The notes under the pieces were generated by a model. It was not told where the DNA came from and did not search any database. It saw nothing but the letters and a program-made list of their open reading frames with translations. From the NCBI GenBank assembly GCA_965213925.1, contig OZ243927.1, positions 4,448,001-4,512,000 on the forward strand: a stretch of 64,000 nucleotides of DNA, in the 5' to 3' direction. Shown here piece after piece: positions 19,875 through 29,364 of this stretch (positions are counted from its first letter, which is position 1; each line of letters starts with the position of its first letter). Made by a program: the position numbers and the translations under genes. This DNA comes from Trueperaceae bacterium (lineage in GTDB: Bacteria; Deinococcota; Deinococci; Deinococcales; Trueperaceae).

Positions 19875-20526
19875 ATTGGTCTCACTGAAGCGTTAGAGGC
19901 GCTCCAAAGGTGCTGGGCTGGGCGCGGAACCGGCAGGCGCGGCAGAGATACTTGCGTCACTTCTTTCATGACAGCTTCCTCCCACGGAATAGATAGTGTG
20001 ATTTAGAGGCTTTGACCTCTTCTCGAGTCGTGATAAGCAGAGAGCGCGAAACGGTTTTTACGTTTCTAGTAGCCCTTCGAGCAACCCTTTAGATAGACGC
20101 TCGAGGCTCAAAGCGCATCTAACGGAGCTTCGCGTCGTCATCATTCGCTAACTATACGTGATTTCCTCCTACCCGATGTCGGTTACAACGTGCACCGCGC
20201 GCTCCGCATCTGTTAGCGAACGCGCGCTGAGCAGGTGCGCGCTAGTACCGGTTCACGCTTTACCAAGATGCAACGCCAGACGCTCTATGCTCGGCTTGCC
20301 GCCGCGAGGACATACTCAACGCCCTACGCGGCTAAGCACGCTGCACGATGCGACACCGAAAACTAGAAAGGTGGACCACGCTGAGAACGTCATGGAAAGA
20401 GGCAAATGTTGTAGGGGGGACTCATGAACCCCCCGCCCATTTTGTTTATGTCGCGCAATCCCTCTACCTTAAATGATGTGACTTCTTGTGACTTTCTTAA
20501 TGTGGTGAGTCAGTATAAGCTAACGT

Positions 20527-20823
20527 GTGAACGCCTACTTAGTCAAAACTGATCACGGCGACGTGCTCGTGGAGGTCAACCCCGCGTGCAACAACGCCTT
20601 GGAAAAAGATTTGCTCCTCTTCCATAAGCCCACGCCGGACAACACGCAAGACATCAACATGGAGGTGCCGCTGCGCGCCTTTAGCGCTAAGATGGTCGAC
20701 ATCATCGAGGGCGTCGGCACGCCCAACGTAGACGCGAGCCCCAAGCTTTTAGCGATGATGAAAGAGGAGAAAGCCACCGAAGACCTCGCCCGCATCGAGA
20801 GGTGGGCCAAGGCGAACGCCTGA
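20527..20823 (+). CDS. Hypothetical protein (98 aa), probably leaderless
   Basis: Genome-like codon usage. TAAGCT lies 5 nt before the GTG. Confidence 0.7.
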   Translation: MNAYLVKTDHGDVLVEVNPACNNALEKDLLLFHKPTPDNTQDINMEVPLRAFSAKMVDIIEGVGTPNVDASPKLLAMMKEEKATEDLARIERWAKANA

Positions 20824-21040
20824 TACGGATTCCGCTTAATTCCCTATCACCGAGAAAAAGCCTCGGCGATAGTCCATACGCTCCATCCGTATATTTGTTC
20901 TTAATCGCAGAGGAGTCCTCAACTGGGCGTATCATGCCGTTATAAACGCCCGTAGTGTTGATTTGAAGATGCTACCTCCAGTTGAGGACTCTTTCGCTCG
21001 GATTGATCCGCGTATATTAGCGAATCAATCGGAATTCGTA
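20824..21040 (+). repeat. SNR/MITE-like small non-coding repeat, copy 2
   Basis: TACGGATTCCG...CGGAATTCGTA termini. Fills the whole gap between two convergent stop codons. Confidence 0.85.
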
Positions 21041-21541
21041 TTACTCCTCGACCTCGATGACCTCGCCTAAGTTTTCCAAGCTCGACTTGTAGAGGTGTAG
21101 CGCCAAGTCCTGCACTGCGCTGATCGCCTCGCTGTTGCGCAGGGCGCTGTCTACGCGGCTGTTGGCGACGGCGAGGCTCGAGGCTAGCACCTCAGGAAAG
21201 ATGGGCCACGGTCCCTCAAAAGGTCCGTCGTCCGCATATTGCTGGCTCACGCCTTCGTTCGTTATCTGCGCGGGCTGCTCTCGCTCGGGCACGGTGCGAC
21301 TAGGCGCAGACCCGTTCGTGCTGACAGACCCTCTCAACTTCGAGAGCGCCGCTTCGCTCGCTCTACGCTCGGCTTCGCGCTTGTTGTTACCTTCACCCTT
21401 GCCGTAGACCTCGCCTTGGATGATCACGTCGCTCACGAAGGTCGGTTCGTGCTCGGGTCCGGTATTTTTGGTGTCGAATTTGGGCTTGGCGAGCCCCGAC
21501 TGCTTGCAGTGCTCGATAAGCACGCCTTTGGGATGTTGCAT
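21041..21541 (-). CDS. Double-stranded RNA-binding domain protein
   Basis: HPKGVLIE..Q, GPEHEPTF, GEGNNKREAERRAS..AL is a canonical dsRBD; no RNase III domain. Confidence 0.85.
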   Translation of the reverse strand: MQHPKGVLIEHCKQSGLAKPKFDTKNTGPEHEPTFVSDVIIQGEVYGKGEGNNKREAERRASEAALSKLRGSVSTNGSAPSRTVPEREQPAQITNEGVSQQYADDGPFEGPWPIFPEVLASSLAVANSRVDSALRNSEAISAVQDLALHLYKSSLENLGEVIEVEE

Positions 21542-21914
21542 TCTGCTCCTCGTTGGGTAGCCGCCGCCCTCTCAGCCCCCCTTTAGCTTTGAGCAGGCTA
21601 GCACTACCTTATAGTGTATTGAATAGTGTATTGATTTAGATTCGCGTCTCGTTCGCTGCCTCTCAGCGCGTTCGCACGTTGCGCACTAGGAGGCAGGTCA
21701 TCTCATGCTACAACGTTTTACCTTAGGGTAGCGTTAGCCCCGGTCGAGTTCTTCTCACCTTTGCCCAAAGGTGTGAGAAAGATAACGCCACAAACGGATA
21801 GTTTACGTGAATTTATCGATTTTTTTGATAAAGTATACATTTGCTTGGGCTGCTATATTCGTTTCGCTAAACCCTCAGGGAACTTGAATACAGCGTTAAA
21901 TAAAAAGTAAGCCG

Positions 21915-22103
21915 TGTCATTCTGAACCCTACAGCAAGCTATAGGATAGACTCCACCCTACGGCGAGCGTAGGATAGACTCCGCGGAATCGAAGAATCTC
22001 TGACCGCCTTCCCGTGAGAGAGCGAAAGGCGAAACCCGTAGGCTGCGCTCCGCAAGGCTGCGCGTCACTGCGTTTCCACTAGCGACTTCGTGAACGGGGT
22101 GAC
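21915..22103 (+). repeat. TGTCATTCTGAA...GGGTGAC palindromic repeat, copy 1 (with internal tandem duplication)
   Basis: Shares TGTCATTCTGAA, GAAGAATCTCTG, GAAAGGCGA and GGGTGAC with 41584 and 54575. Confidence 0.7.
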
Positions 22104-22255
22104 GACAATGTTGCAAAACTTAATTAACGGTGCATTGAGGAAAGAGGTTGCGATGTTGCTCGGAACGCCGACGCCTTGCTCTTTACGTAAGGTGATGTGA
22201 TATTCTTTGCAAATGCTTGTTCAGTCCCTCTCACCTCTCACCTCAGCTCACCCGC

Positions 22256-23707
22256 ATGTTTGACGACTACAGACCCGGCGGCTTCTTCGACGAGGCGTTT
22301 CGCACCCCGGATGACCCGAGGGAGCACTACAGCAAGATCGTTTCGGGCTTTGGCGCGTATGGCGCTGACGAGTTCGGGCGGCGACGCGCGCTCATCGACC
22401 TCACGCTCCGCAATCAAGGCATCACCTTTACCGTTTACGGTGACGAAGCGGGAACCGAGCGCACCTTCCCCTTCGACCCCTTTCCGCGCGTGATTCCTGC
22501 GGACGAGTGGGCGCACCTAGAGCGCGGGCTCATCCAGCGCGTCCGCGCGCTCAACCTCTTTTTAGATGACGTTTACCACGACCAAGAAATCCTCAAAGAC
22601 GAGGTTATCCCGCGCCACCTCGTTTTGAGCAACGACAACTTTCGCCCGCAAGCGCAGGGCATCGACGTACCGCACCGCGCCTACACGCACATCGTCGGCT
22701 GCGACCTCATCCGCGACGAGGAGGGGACCTACCGCGTTTTAGAGGACAACCTGCGCAACCCGAGCGGCGTCTCGTATATGCTCGTCAACCGCAATGTGAT
22801 GGCGCGGTCCTTCCCCAAACTCATGGCGGGGCGGGGCGTGCGCCCAATTTCGCACTACACCTCGGCGCTCTTCGAGTGCTTGAGCAGCCTCTCGCCGAGA
22901 GACGTGGCGACGCCGACCATCGTCGTGCTGACGCCGGGGCAGTACAATAGCGCCTACTACGAGCACGCCTTCCTAGCGCAGCAGATGGGCGTCGAACTCG
23001 TCGAAGGGCGCGACCTCTTCGCCGAAGACGGGCGCGTCTGGATGCGCACGACGCGGGGCAAAGAGCAAGTGGATGTCATCTACCGCCGCATCGACGACAA
23101 CTTTTTGGACCCTTTAGCCTTCCGTAAGGAGTCGATGCTGGGCGTGCCGGGGCTCGTGGACGTGTACCGCGCAGGGCGCGTGGCGCTCGCCAACGCTGTC
23201 GGCACGGGCATTGCGGACGACAAAGCGATGTACGCTTATGTGCCTAGAATTATCGACTACTACTTGAATGAAGAGCCCGTCTTGCCCAACGTCGAGACCT
23301 ACTTGGGGAGCGACCCGGAGAAGCTCGAGTACATCTGCAATAACGCCGCCGACCTCGTCATCAAAGAGGTGGGCGGCGCGGGGGGCTACGGGATGCTCAT
23401 CGGTCCTGAAGCGGACAAAGAAACCTGCGAGAAATTCGTCGAGCGCGTGCGCGAAACGCCCAGTAACTACATCGCGCAGCCCGTCCTCAAACTCTCGCGC
23501 CACCCTACCTACTACGCCGACAACCACGCCTTCGAGCCCTGCCACGTGGACTTGCGACCTTACATTCTAGTGGGCGAAGAGATCACCGTCGTGCCGGGAG
23601 GACTGACCAGAGTCGCCCTCAAGCGTGGCTCCTTAGTCGTCAACTCCTCACAAGGGGGCGGCTCGAAGGACACGTGGGTGCTGGCGGACGAGGGCGAGGT
23701 AGCATGA
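22256..23707 (+). CDS. Circularly permuted type 2 ATP-grasp protein
   Basis: GITF, LEDNLRNPSGVSY, VDVIYRRIDD, ANAVGTGIADDK, GAGGYG, HVDLRP, VVNSSQGGGSKDTWV. Confidence 0.95.
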   Translation: MFDDYRPGGFFDEAFRTPDDPREHYSKIVSGFGAYGADEFGRRRALIDLTLRNQGITFTVYGDEAGTERTFPFDPFPRVIPADEWAHLERGLIQRVRALNLFLDDVYHDQEILKDEVIPRHLVLSNDNFRPQAQGIDVPHRAYTHIVGCDLIRDEEGTYRVLEDNLRNPSGVSYMLVNRNVMARSFPKLMAGRGVRPISHYTSALFECLSSLSPRDVATPTIVVLTPGQYNSAYYEHAFLAQQMGVELVEGRDLFAEDGRVWMRTTRGKEQVDVIYRRIDDNFLDPLAFRKESMLGVPGLVDVYRAGRVALANAVGTGIADDKAMYAYVPRIIDYYLNEEPVLPNVETYLGSDPEKLEYICNNAADLVIKEVGGAGGYGMLIGPEADKETCEKFVERVRETPSNYIAQPVLKLSRHPTYYADNHAFEPCHVDLRPYILVGEEITVVPGGLTRVALKRGSLVVNSSQGGGSKDTWVLADEGEVA

Positions 23708-23711
23708 GCCT

Positions 23712-24887
23712 ATGCTGAGCCGCATCGCCGAAAACCTCTACTGGATGGGGCGCTACGTCGAACGCGCCGAGAATACCGCACGGCTTTTGGACGTGAACTA
23801 CCACGCGATCGTCGAGGTGCCGCTGCAACCTGGCACGAGGGGAATCGTGACCGAGCAGTGGGCTCCCTTGCTGCATATTTTAGACGACGAAGCGCGTTTT
23901 CGCGAGCACTTCGAGCGGGCGGATAGGAACACCGTTCCGGAGTGGTTGGCGGTCAGCGCCGACAACCCGAGCAGCATCAGAATGAGCCTCACCCACGCCC
24001 GCGAGAACGCCCGCACCCTGCGCGACCGCATCTCCACCGAGATGTGGGAAACGCTGAACCGCGCCTATTTGGAGCTGTGCGACGGCAGACGCGAGGACAT
24101 CGCCCAGGAGACCCTGCACGACTACTGCGCCACCGCGCGCGAGTCGAGCTACCTCTTCTTCGGCAGCGCCGACGCGACGCTGCCCCGCGACTTAGGCTGG
24201 TATTTCTTAAAAGCAGGGCAATATTTGGAGCGCACCGACAACGTGCTGCGCATCCTCATGGTGCGCTACCGGCAATACAAGGGGCAAGAGGTGGTGGCGC
24301 GCGGCGTCGAGACGCATAGGGGCATAGCGCTCCTAAAGTCCATCAGCGCCTTCGAAGCCTTTCGCAAGCGCTACCACAGCGCCCTAGACTCGAGCCACAT
24401 CGCCGAGTTTTTACTGCTTGACCCCTTCTTTCCGCGTAGCGTACGCTTCAGCGCGAACGTCGTTTACGACGTGCTTAAAGAGATCGAAGCGCGCAACCCC
24501 GACGTCTCCGCCGAGCCGAGCCGTCAAGCGGGCTGGCTTGCGGCGCAGCTCGAGTACATGCCCAGCGCCGACAAGGTCACCGAAGAGGAAGACCCGAGCT
24601 TGGAGTCGCTGTTGAGGGGGTTAGCCGCACTCTCGGACGCGGTCTCGAGCGCCTACTTCGACTACGCCAGCGCGCAGCAGCAAGCACAGAGTCAGTCCCA
24701 GGGTAGTCAGAACCAGAGCCAGTCGCAGAGCCAGAGCGGGGGCGGTTCGCAGAGCCAGAACCAATCTCAGAGCGGAAACGTCAGTCAAAGCCAGAGCCAG
24801 TCGCAAGGCGGGCAGAAACAAAATAAACGCGAACAAGACGAGCAAGACAAACGCCAAGAACAGCTCTTTTCAAGGGGGGACATCTGA
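23712..24887 (+). CDS. Alpha-E domain protein with Gln/Ser-rich C-terminal tail
   Basis: MLSRIAENLYWMGRYVERAEN, ARENAR..R..ISTEMW, GQYLER, FPRSV. Confidence 0.93.
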   Translation: MLSRIAENLYWMGRYVERAENTARLLDVNYHAIVEVPLQPGTRGIVTEQWAPLLHILDDEARFREHFERADRNTVPEWLAVSADNPSSIRMSLTHARENARTLRDRISTEMWETLNRAYLELCDGRREDIAQETLHDYCATARESSYLFFGSADATLPRDLGWYFLKAGQYLERTDNVLRILMVRYRQYKGQEVVARGVETHRGIALLKSISAFEAFRKRYHSALDSSHIAEFLLLDPFFPRSVRFSANVVYDVLKEIEARNPDVSAEPSRQAGWLAAQLEYMPSADKVTEEEDPSLESLLRGLAALSDAVSSAYFDYASAQQQAQSQSQGSQNQSQSQSQSGGGSQSQNQSQSGNVSQSQSQSQGGQKQNKREQDEQDKRQEQLFSRGDI

Positions 24888-24940
24888 ATGACCCATCAGC
24901 CAGCAGACAACCGCAATACCAACGAAACCAGGGGGGTCCC

Positions 24941-25786
24941 ATGCGCGTAAGAGTCGGCTGCGAACTCGTCTACGAATCGCCCCAAGGTGCACACATGATG
25001 GCAACCGTTGAGCCGCGCGGCGAGAGCCGCTACCACACCCTCGTTAGCTCGCAGAAACACATCGAGCCGCAAGGTATCATGCACGACTATAGGGACGGCT
25101 TCGGCAACCACGTGTGGCGCATCGACGCGCCGAGCGGCAAGCTCACGCTGTTTCACGACGCGATCGCCGAGGTGCCGCCTCACCCCAACACCGTCCCGGA
25201 CGACCTGCCGAAAACGCCCGTGGCGGAGCTGCCCGACGAGGTCATGGTCTACACGCTGCCGAGCCGCTACTGCCAAATTGAGCACTTCATCGGCGACGCC
25301 TGGGACATGTTCGGACACATCCAAGGCGGCTCAAAGCAGGTGCAAGCGGTCTGCGACTGGCTGCACGAGAACGTCACCTACACCGCCGGGAGCACGCCGA
25401 CGACCTCGAGTTTTGAGGCCTACAAAGAACGCACCGGCGTCTGCCGCGACTTCGCGCACTTGGGCATCGTCTTCTGCCGCTCGCTGAACATCCCCGCGCG
25501 CTACGTCTCGGGCTTCCTGCCCGACATCAACGTGCCGCCCGACCCCAACCCGATGGACTTTCACGCCTGGTTCGAGGCGTATATCGACGGTGCGTGGCGC
25601 ACCTTCGACGCGCGTCACAATATCCCGCGTACCGGACACGTCCTCCTTGCGTATGGACGCGACGCCGTGGACACCGCGTTTTCGACCTCTTACGGCAACC
25701 TCAGGCTGACCAAAATGCGGTGCTGGGCGGACGAGGTGGGCGAGGACTTCACCCTGCCCGAGCCCTCAAACGTGGTGGCAAGTTAA
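24941..25786 (+). CDS. Transglutaminase-like protein
   Basis: Triad GVCRDFAH / DFHAW / FDAR; GRDA.D. Confidence 0.92.
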   Translation: MRVRVGCELVYESPQGAHMMATVEPRGESRYHTLVSSQKHIEPQGIMHDYRDGFGNHVWRIDAPSGKLTLFHDAIAEVPPHPNTVPDDLPKTPVAELPDEVMVYTLPSRYCQIEHFIGDAWDMFGHIQGGSKQVQAVCDWLHENVTYTAGSTPTTSSFEAYKERTGVCRDFAHLGIVFCRSLNIPARYVSGFLPDINVPPDPNPMDFHAWFEAYIDGAWRTFDARHNIPRTGHVLLAYGRDAVDTAFSTSYGNLRLTKMRCWADEVGEDFTLPEPSNVVAS

Positions 25787-25846
25787 ATTTCTCCTAGCCC
25801 TCGGTGGTTAGATAAAAAAGACTGATGGAGAGGCGATCCGCCTCTC

Positions 25847-26755
25847 TTGGAGACCTTTGTGACTTCCCCTTCCCTAAACCCTTTCATCGACCGTTCCGAA
25901 GTGCGCTGGGCTGACGTGAAGCGCGTGCAACACAGCCTTGTCCAGAGGTTTCACTACGCCTACCCCGGTCCAATTGAAGACCTCACACACCGTTTGATGA
26001 TCGCGCCGCGCACCGAGTACGGCGATCAGCGGCGCTGTGATTTTCGCCTAGACATAACGCCCGACCTTAATATCAAGCGTAAGCAAGACCTCTTCGGTAA
26101 CGAGGTGTTGAGCGTGAAAGCGGAGAGGCTCGAGTCCCCCCTCGTCTTCGAGATGAGCAGCGCCGTCACGCGCACGGCAGAGGACGTGCCCATTTGCGTC
26201 TCCAAAGACGAAGCCGACCACTTCCTCTCCCCCACTCGCCTGACCTTCGCCGACGAACACCTCTCGGGCATCGCGCACGTCTTAGAAGTGACCGCTCAAA
26301 ATGACCTTTCCTTTGCTGAAGCCGCTAGCAACTGGGTCAGCAAAGCCATGACCTACGGCTTCGGCGCAACCGACACGAGCACCGCCGCCGCCGAAGCCTT
26401 GACCATCGGCAAAGGCTTGTGCCAAGACTACGCCCACATCATGATTGCGCTGTGCCGCGAGGCGGGCGTGGCGGCTCGCTACGTGTCGGGGCACATGCTA
26501 GGCGAGGGCGGCTCGCACGCTTGGGTGGAGGTTTTGATTCCCGAAGGCGACCAGCTACGCGCCCACGCCTTCGACCCCACCAACCGCCGCCGCCCGAATC
26601 TCAGCTACATCACCGTCGCCGTCGGGCGCGACTACCGCGACGTTGCGCCCACGTCCGGCTCGTTTTCTGCGCCCTATATGGGTAAGCTGACCTCTTCGAA
26701 GCGGGCGGGGTTGACGTTGGTGGAGTATGGGGATGGGGAAGTGGTGCGGGGGTAA
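25847..26755 (+). CDS. Transglutaminase family protein (with bacterial TGase N-terminal domain)
   Basis: DLFGN, GLCQDYAH, ARYVSG, SHAWVE, FDPTN, GRDYRDVAP. Start uncertain. Confidence 0.9.
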   Translation: METFVTSPSLNPFIDRSEVRWADVKRVQHSLVQRFHYAYPGPIEDLTHRLMIAPRTEYGDQRRCDFRLDITPDLNIKRKQDLFGNEVLSVKAERLESPLVFEMSSAVTRTAEDVPICVSKDEADHFLSPTRLTFADEHLSGIAHVLEVTAQNDLSFAEAASNWVSKAMTYGFGATDTSTAAAEALTIGKGLCQDYAHIMIALCREAGVAARYVSGHMLGEGGSHAWVEVLIPEGDQLRAHAFDPTNRRRPNLSYITVAVGRDYRDVAPTSGSFSAPYMGKLTSSKRAGLTLVEYGDGEVVRG

Positions 26756-26789
26756 AGCTTTGCTGTAAGATAAAATTTATATGGACAAG

Positions 26790-27561
26790 GGTAGTGGTCG
26801 CACCTCGAATGCTACAATAAAGGAATGGTAACGAAGATAGTAACCTGCCGTCACTGCAACAGCGAGAACATTGTCAAGAATGGGATAGCCCCGAATGGCA
26901 AACAGAAGTATAGGTGCAAGGACTGTAAGAAACAGAGCCGCGAAGACCCGAGTCCGAATGGCTACACCGAGCCGCGTAAAGAGGAGATTCTCGGTGCCTA
27001 TGAGGAGCGTTCAAGTCTGAGAGGGCTGGAGCGCACCTTCGGGGTGGCGCGTAGTACCGTAAGCCGCTGGCTCAAAAAAAACGAAGAAGGCTTCCCGCAC
27101 TGAAAGACACCCTCGTCCGATTCGATGTTCCTCAGCGCGTGGAGCTAGAGCTTGATGAGATGTGGTCGTTTGTGCAGAGGAAAAGCAAGAAACGCTGGAT
27201 TTGGATCGCGTTATGTAAACAGACCCGTCAGGTGGTCGCTTGTGTCATTGGCGGGCGTGGCGCGGCTACCTGCAAACAACTTTGGAAGGGCATTCCTGAC
27301 AACTATAAACAAGGTCTCTGCTACAGCGACTTCTGGGAAGCCTACCAGAGCGTGCTCCCAGATGAACACCATCAAGCTGTGAGTAAAGCAAGCGGTCTCA
27401 CCTCACACGTTGAACGTTTCAACAACACACTCAGGCAACGTCTTGCTCGCTTCGTGCGCAAGACGTTAGCCTTCTCCAAGTCTGAGCGTATGCACCTTAT
27501 CTGCTTACACCGTTTCCTCGTGCGTTACAACCTAGATATCATTCGGGATTGAACCACTACC
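26790..27561 (+). mobile_element. IS1-family insertion sequence (772 bp)
   Basis: Terminal IR GGTAGTGGT / ACCACTACC. 8-bp target duplication TGGACAAG at 26782-26789 and 27562-27569. Confidence 0.95.
26825..27552 (+). CDS. IS1 transposase InsA/InsB joined by -1 frameshift
   Basis: InsA zinc finger CRHC...CKDC plus HTH. A8C slippery site at 27074-27082. InsB in the -1 frame with ELDEMWSFV, SDFW, HVERFN. Confidence 0.92.
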
Positions 27562-27990
27562 TGGACAAGAACTGGATATCTCTTAATATTGACTTACTAG
27601 AAATTGATAAAGAACGCTTTGACTTCGATGATGATACAAAAAACTTCTATCCTCACCAAGCATGGATAAATCTTGCAGAAATTCCCTGCATGTTTATTAA
27701 TATGGATGGAAATCTAATTATTAGGCTATCTAATAGCATGTCATTCGTCGTCAAAAAACTGGAGGAAATTAAAACGGTTCAAAGATGGTTAGAAGAACGG
27801 ACCTTCGAATAACGCTGATCTCACTTAGCTATAAACATACCCAAATCTTCGAGCCTCAACTATGTTCAACCGTAGTGGCGCAACCTCGAGCAGCAGATTA
27901 CAGGTAGAGGACATCACCATCATCAACCGAGACCCAGAGATTCCCACATGGACAGTCCAGTGAGCCTACCTCTCTAAATCTTCGTGTTGT

Positions 27991-28347
27991 CTATCGGTTG
28001 AGCGGGCGGCTCCGAACACTTTGCTGGGAGATGACAGTAAAAGCTTGCTCGAGCGTCGCCCCATAATCCTCAATCACCGCAAGGAGAATCCCAGCCTTTT
28101 GTCGGCTTGTCAAATCCTCGAGTCGCAGCAAAATTACGCCCTGAGCGCTGAGCTTGCGAAGGTAAACAAGCTCGCCAAAGTCTTTATCAATCGTAATGAG
28201 AATGGACTCAGCCTCGTTTGCGCGGATTAGCACCTCTGAATCTGGCAGTGCTGGCTCATCGTCGACAATGGCTAAGACCCTATGTTCCCAAGCACGTAAA
28301 GCTTCAATGATGGGATAGTCAACGCTTTCGTCGGCGTAAAACCTCAC
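27991..28347 (-). CDS. DUF5615 PIN-like toxin
   Basis: MRFYADES, D.EV...A, LITIDKDFGEL, GVILLR; coupled to DUF433. Confidence 0.88.
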   Translation of the reverse strand: MRFYADESVDYPIIEALRAWEHRVLAIVDDEPALPDSEVLIRANEAESILITIDKDFGELVYLRKLSAQGVILLRLEDLTSRQKAGILLAVIEDYGATLEQAFTVISQQSVRSRPLNR

Positions 28348-28577
28348 GCAGCGTCGCGCTCGGGATGCGGCGTGGGGTAGATTGCTGTGGCACTAAGCGA
28401 TTTCGTAGCAAATGCAAGGGCGTCGTAAATATCCCTTTGGCTCAGCCTGGGGTACGCTTCCAATACCTCTTCATACGTGCGCCCTGCAGCAAGCTTCTCC
28501 AAGATGCTTTCTACAGTGATTCGCGTACCCTCTACGGTTGGCTTACCAAGCATAATATCGGGGTTCGAAATAATCAT
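28344..28577 (-). CDS. DUF433 antitoxin
   Basis: NPDIMLGKPTVEGTRITV...YPRLS..DIYDAL. TATGAT lies 6 nt before the ATG. Confidence 0.9.
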   Translation of the reverse strand: MIISNPDIMLGKPTVEGTRITVESILEKLAAGRTYEEVLEAYPRLSQRDIYDALAFATKSLSATAIYPTPHPERDAA

Positions 28578-28696
28578 AGCCTTATCATAGCAATTGACAG
28601 AGAGCAATGATGGGGCGTTCTGACGTAGTTTCCTGGCGTGAACAGTGAACAAGTTCGAGAAGTCCTCGAGCTAAACTAAGGGCGGAGGATAGCGTT

Positions 28697-28951
28697 GTGA
28701 CATGCCCCATCATCAACCGAGACCCGGACATCCTCGGCGGCACGCCCGTCTTCACGGGAACGAGGGTCCCTGTGAAAGCGCTGTTTGACTATTTAGAGGC
28801 GGGCGACAGCTTAGATGAGTTTTTAGACGATTTTCCTTCGGTTCAGAGAGAGCAGGCTTTAGCGCTGCTCAGACTCCGAATTACAGACCTCTTAGGAACG
28901 ATTGACTATGACGAGGATTATGACTATAAAGCTCAGCGCAAGCGCGGGTAA
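28697..28951 (+). CDS. DUF433 antitoxin with chimeric VapB-like tail
   Basis: DPDILGGTPVFTGTRVPV...FLDDFPSV, then DLLGTIDYDEDYDYKAQRKR. Confidence 0.75.
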   Translation: MTCPIINRDPDILGGTPVFTGTRVPVKALFDYLEAGDSLDEFLDDFPSVQREQALALLRLRITDLLGTIDYDEDYDYKAQRKRG

Positions 28952-29071
28952 AAGCGCCTGACGACTGATTCACTAAGCAGCGTCATCTGAGCGTGGTGGT
29001 GCGGACTCGAGCCCATCCAACACGCCTCTCAAGATAAACAAACCCATTCAACGGACCTAAACCACTTCACC

Positions 29072-29106
29072 TTGCATAACCCCAGCACGTACAGTAAAAT
29101 GTACAC
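29072..29106 (+). promoter_or_regulatory. yefM-yoeB leaderless promoter with operator palindrome
   Basis: TTGCAT-17-TAAAAT-6-ATG. GTACA...TGTAC palindrome overlaps the -10. Confidence 0.7.
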
Positions 29107-29364
29107 ATGAGAACCCTCAATTACACCACCGCGAGACAGAACTTAGCGAGCGCCATTGATGACGTCGTGGACGACCACACTCCCCTCATCATCACAAAAG
29201 GGAGCGACAAAGCGGTAGTCATGATGAGCTTGGAGGATTGGAACGCTTGGCAAGAGACGATGTATCTGCTCCGCAGCCCCGCCAATGCCGAGCGTTTACT
29301 CGGCGCAGTGCGCGACTTTGACGAAGGTAAGAACCTGGTCATTGAAGAGTCGCTGCCTGAGTGA
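29107..29364 (+). CDS. yefM: Phd/YefM antitoxin
   Basis: YTTARQNL, AVVMMSLEDW, ETMYLLRSPANAERL. Confidence 0.93.
   Translation: MRTLNYTTARQNLASAIDDVVDDHTPLIITKGSDKAVVMMSLEDWNAWQETMYLLRSPANAERLLGAVRDFDEGKNLVIEESLPE

Larger units (their letters stand above)
26781..27812 (+). pseudogene. Small AT-rich gene (83 aa, MDKNWISLNID...) interrupted by IS1 after codon 3
   Basis: Removing the IS and one TSD copy gives ATG GAC AAG AAC TGG... open to TAA 27812. Confidence 0.7.

Noticed and set aside
21915..22103. Possible CRISPR array or riboswitch upstream of the ATP-grasp gene
   Set aside because: Only two adjacent ~28-bp units with no spacers and no cas genes; explained as an insert in a dispersed repeat family.
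22174..22190. CCTTGCTCTTTACGTAA as a radiation/desiccation response motif (RDRM)
   Set aside because: Only the right half matches; the left half lacks the conserved TT start.
24888..24950. Short ORF MTHQPADNRNTNETRGVPCA before the first transglutaminase
   Set aside because: The G run is adequately explained as the RBS for ATG 24941; no evidence for a peptide or a frameshift.
25828..25846. Hairpin GAGAGGCG-ATC-CGCCTCTC before the second transglutaminase
   Set aside because: Could be a weak terminator or an RBS-occluding stem, but the start codon is uncertain and one short stem is not enough.
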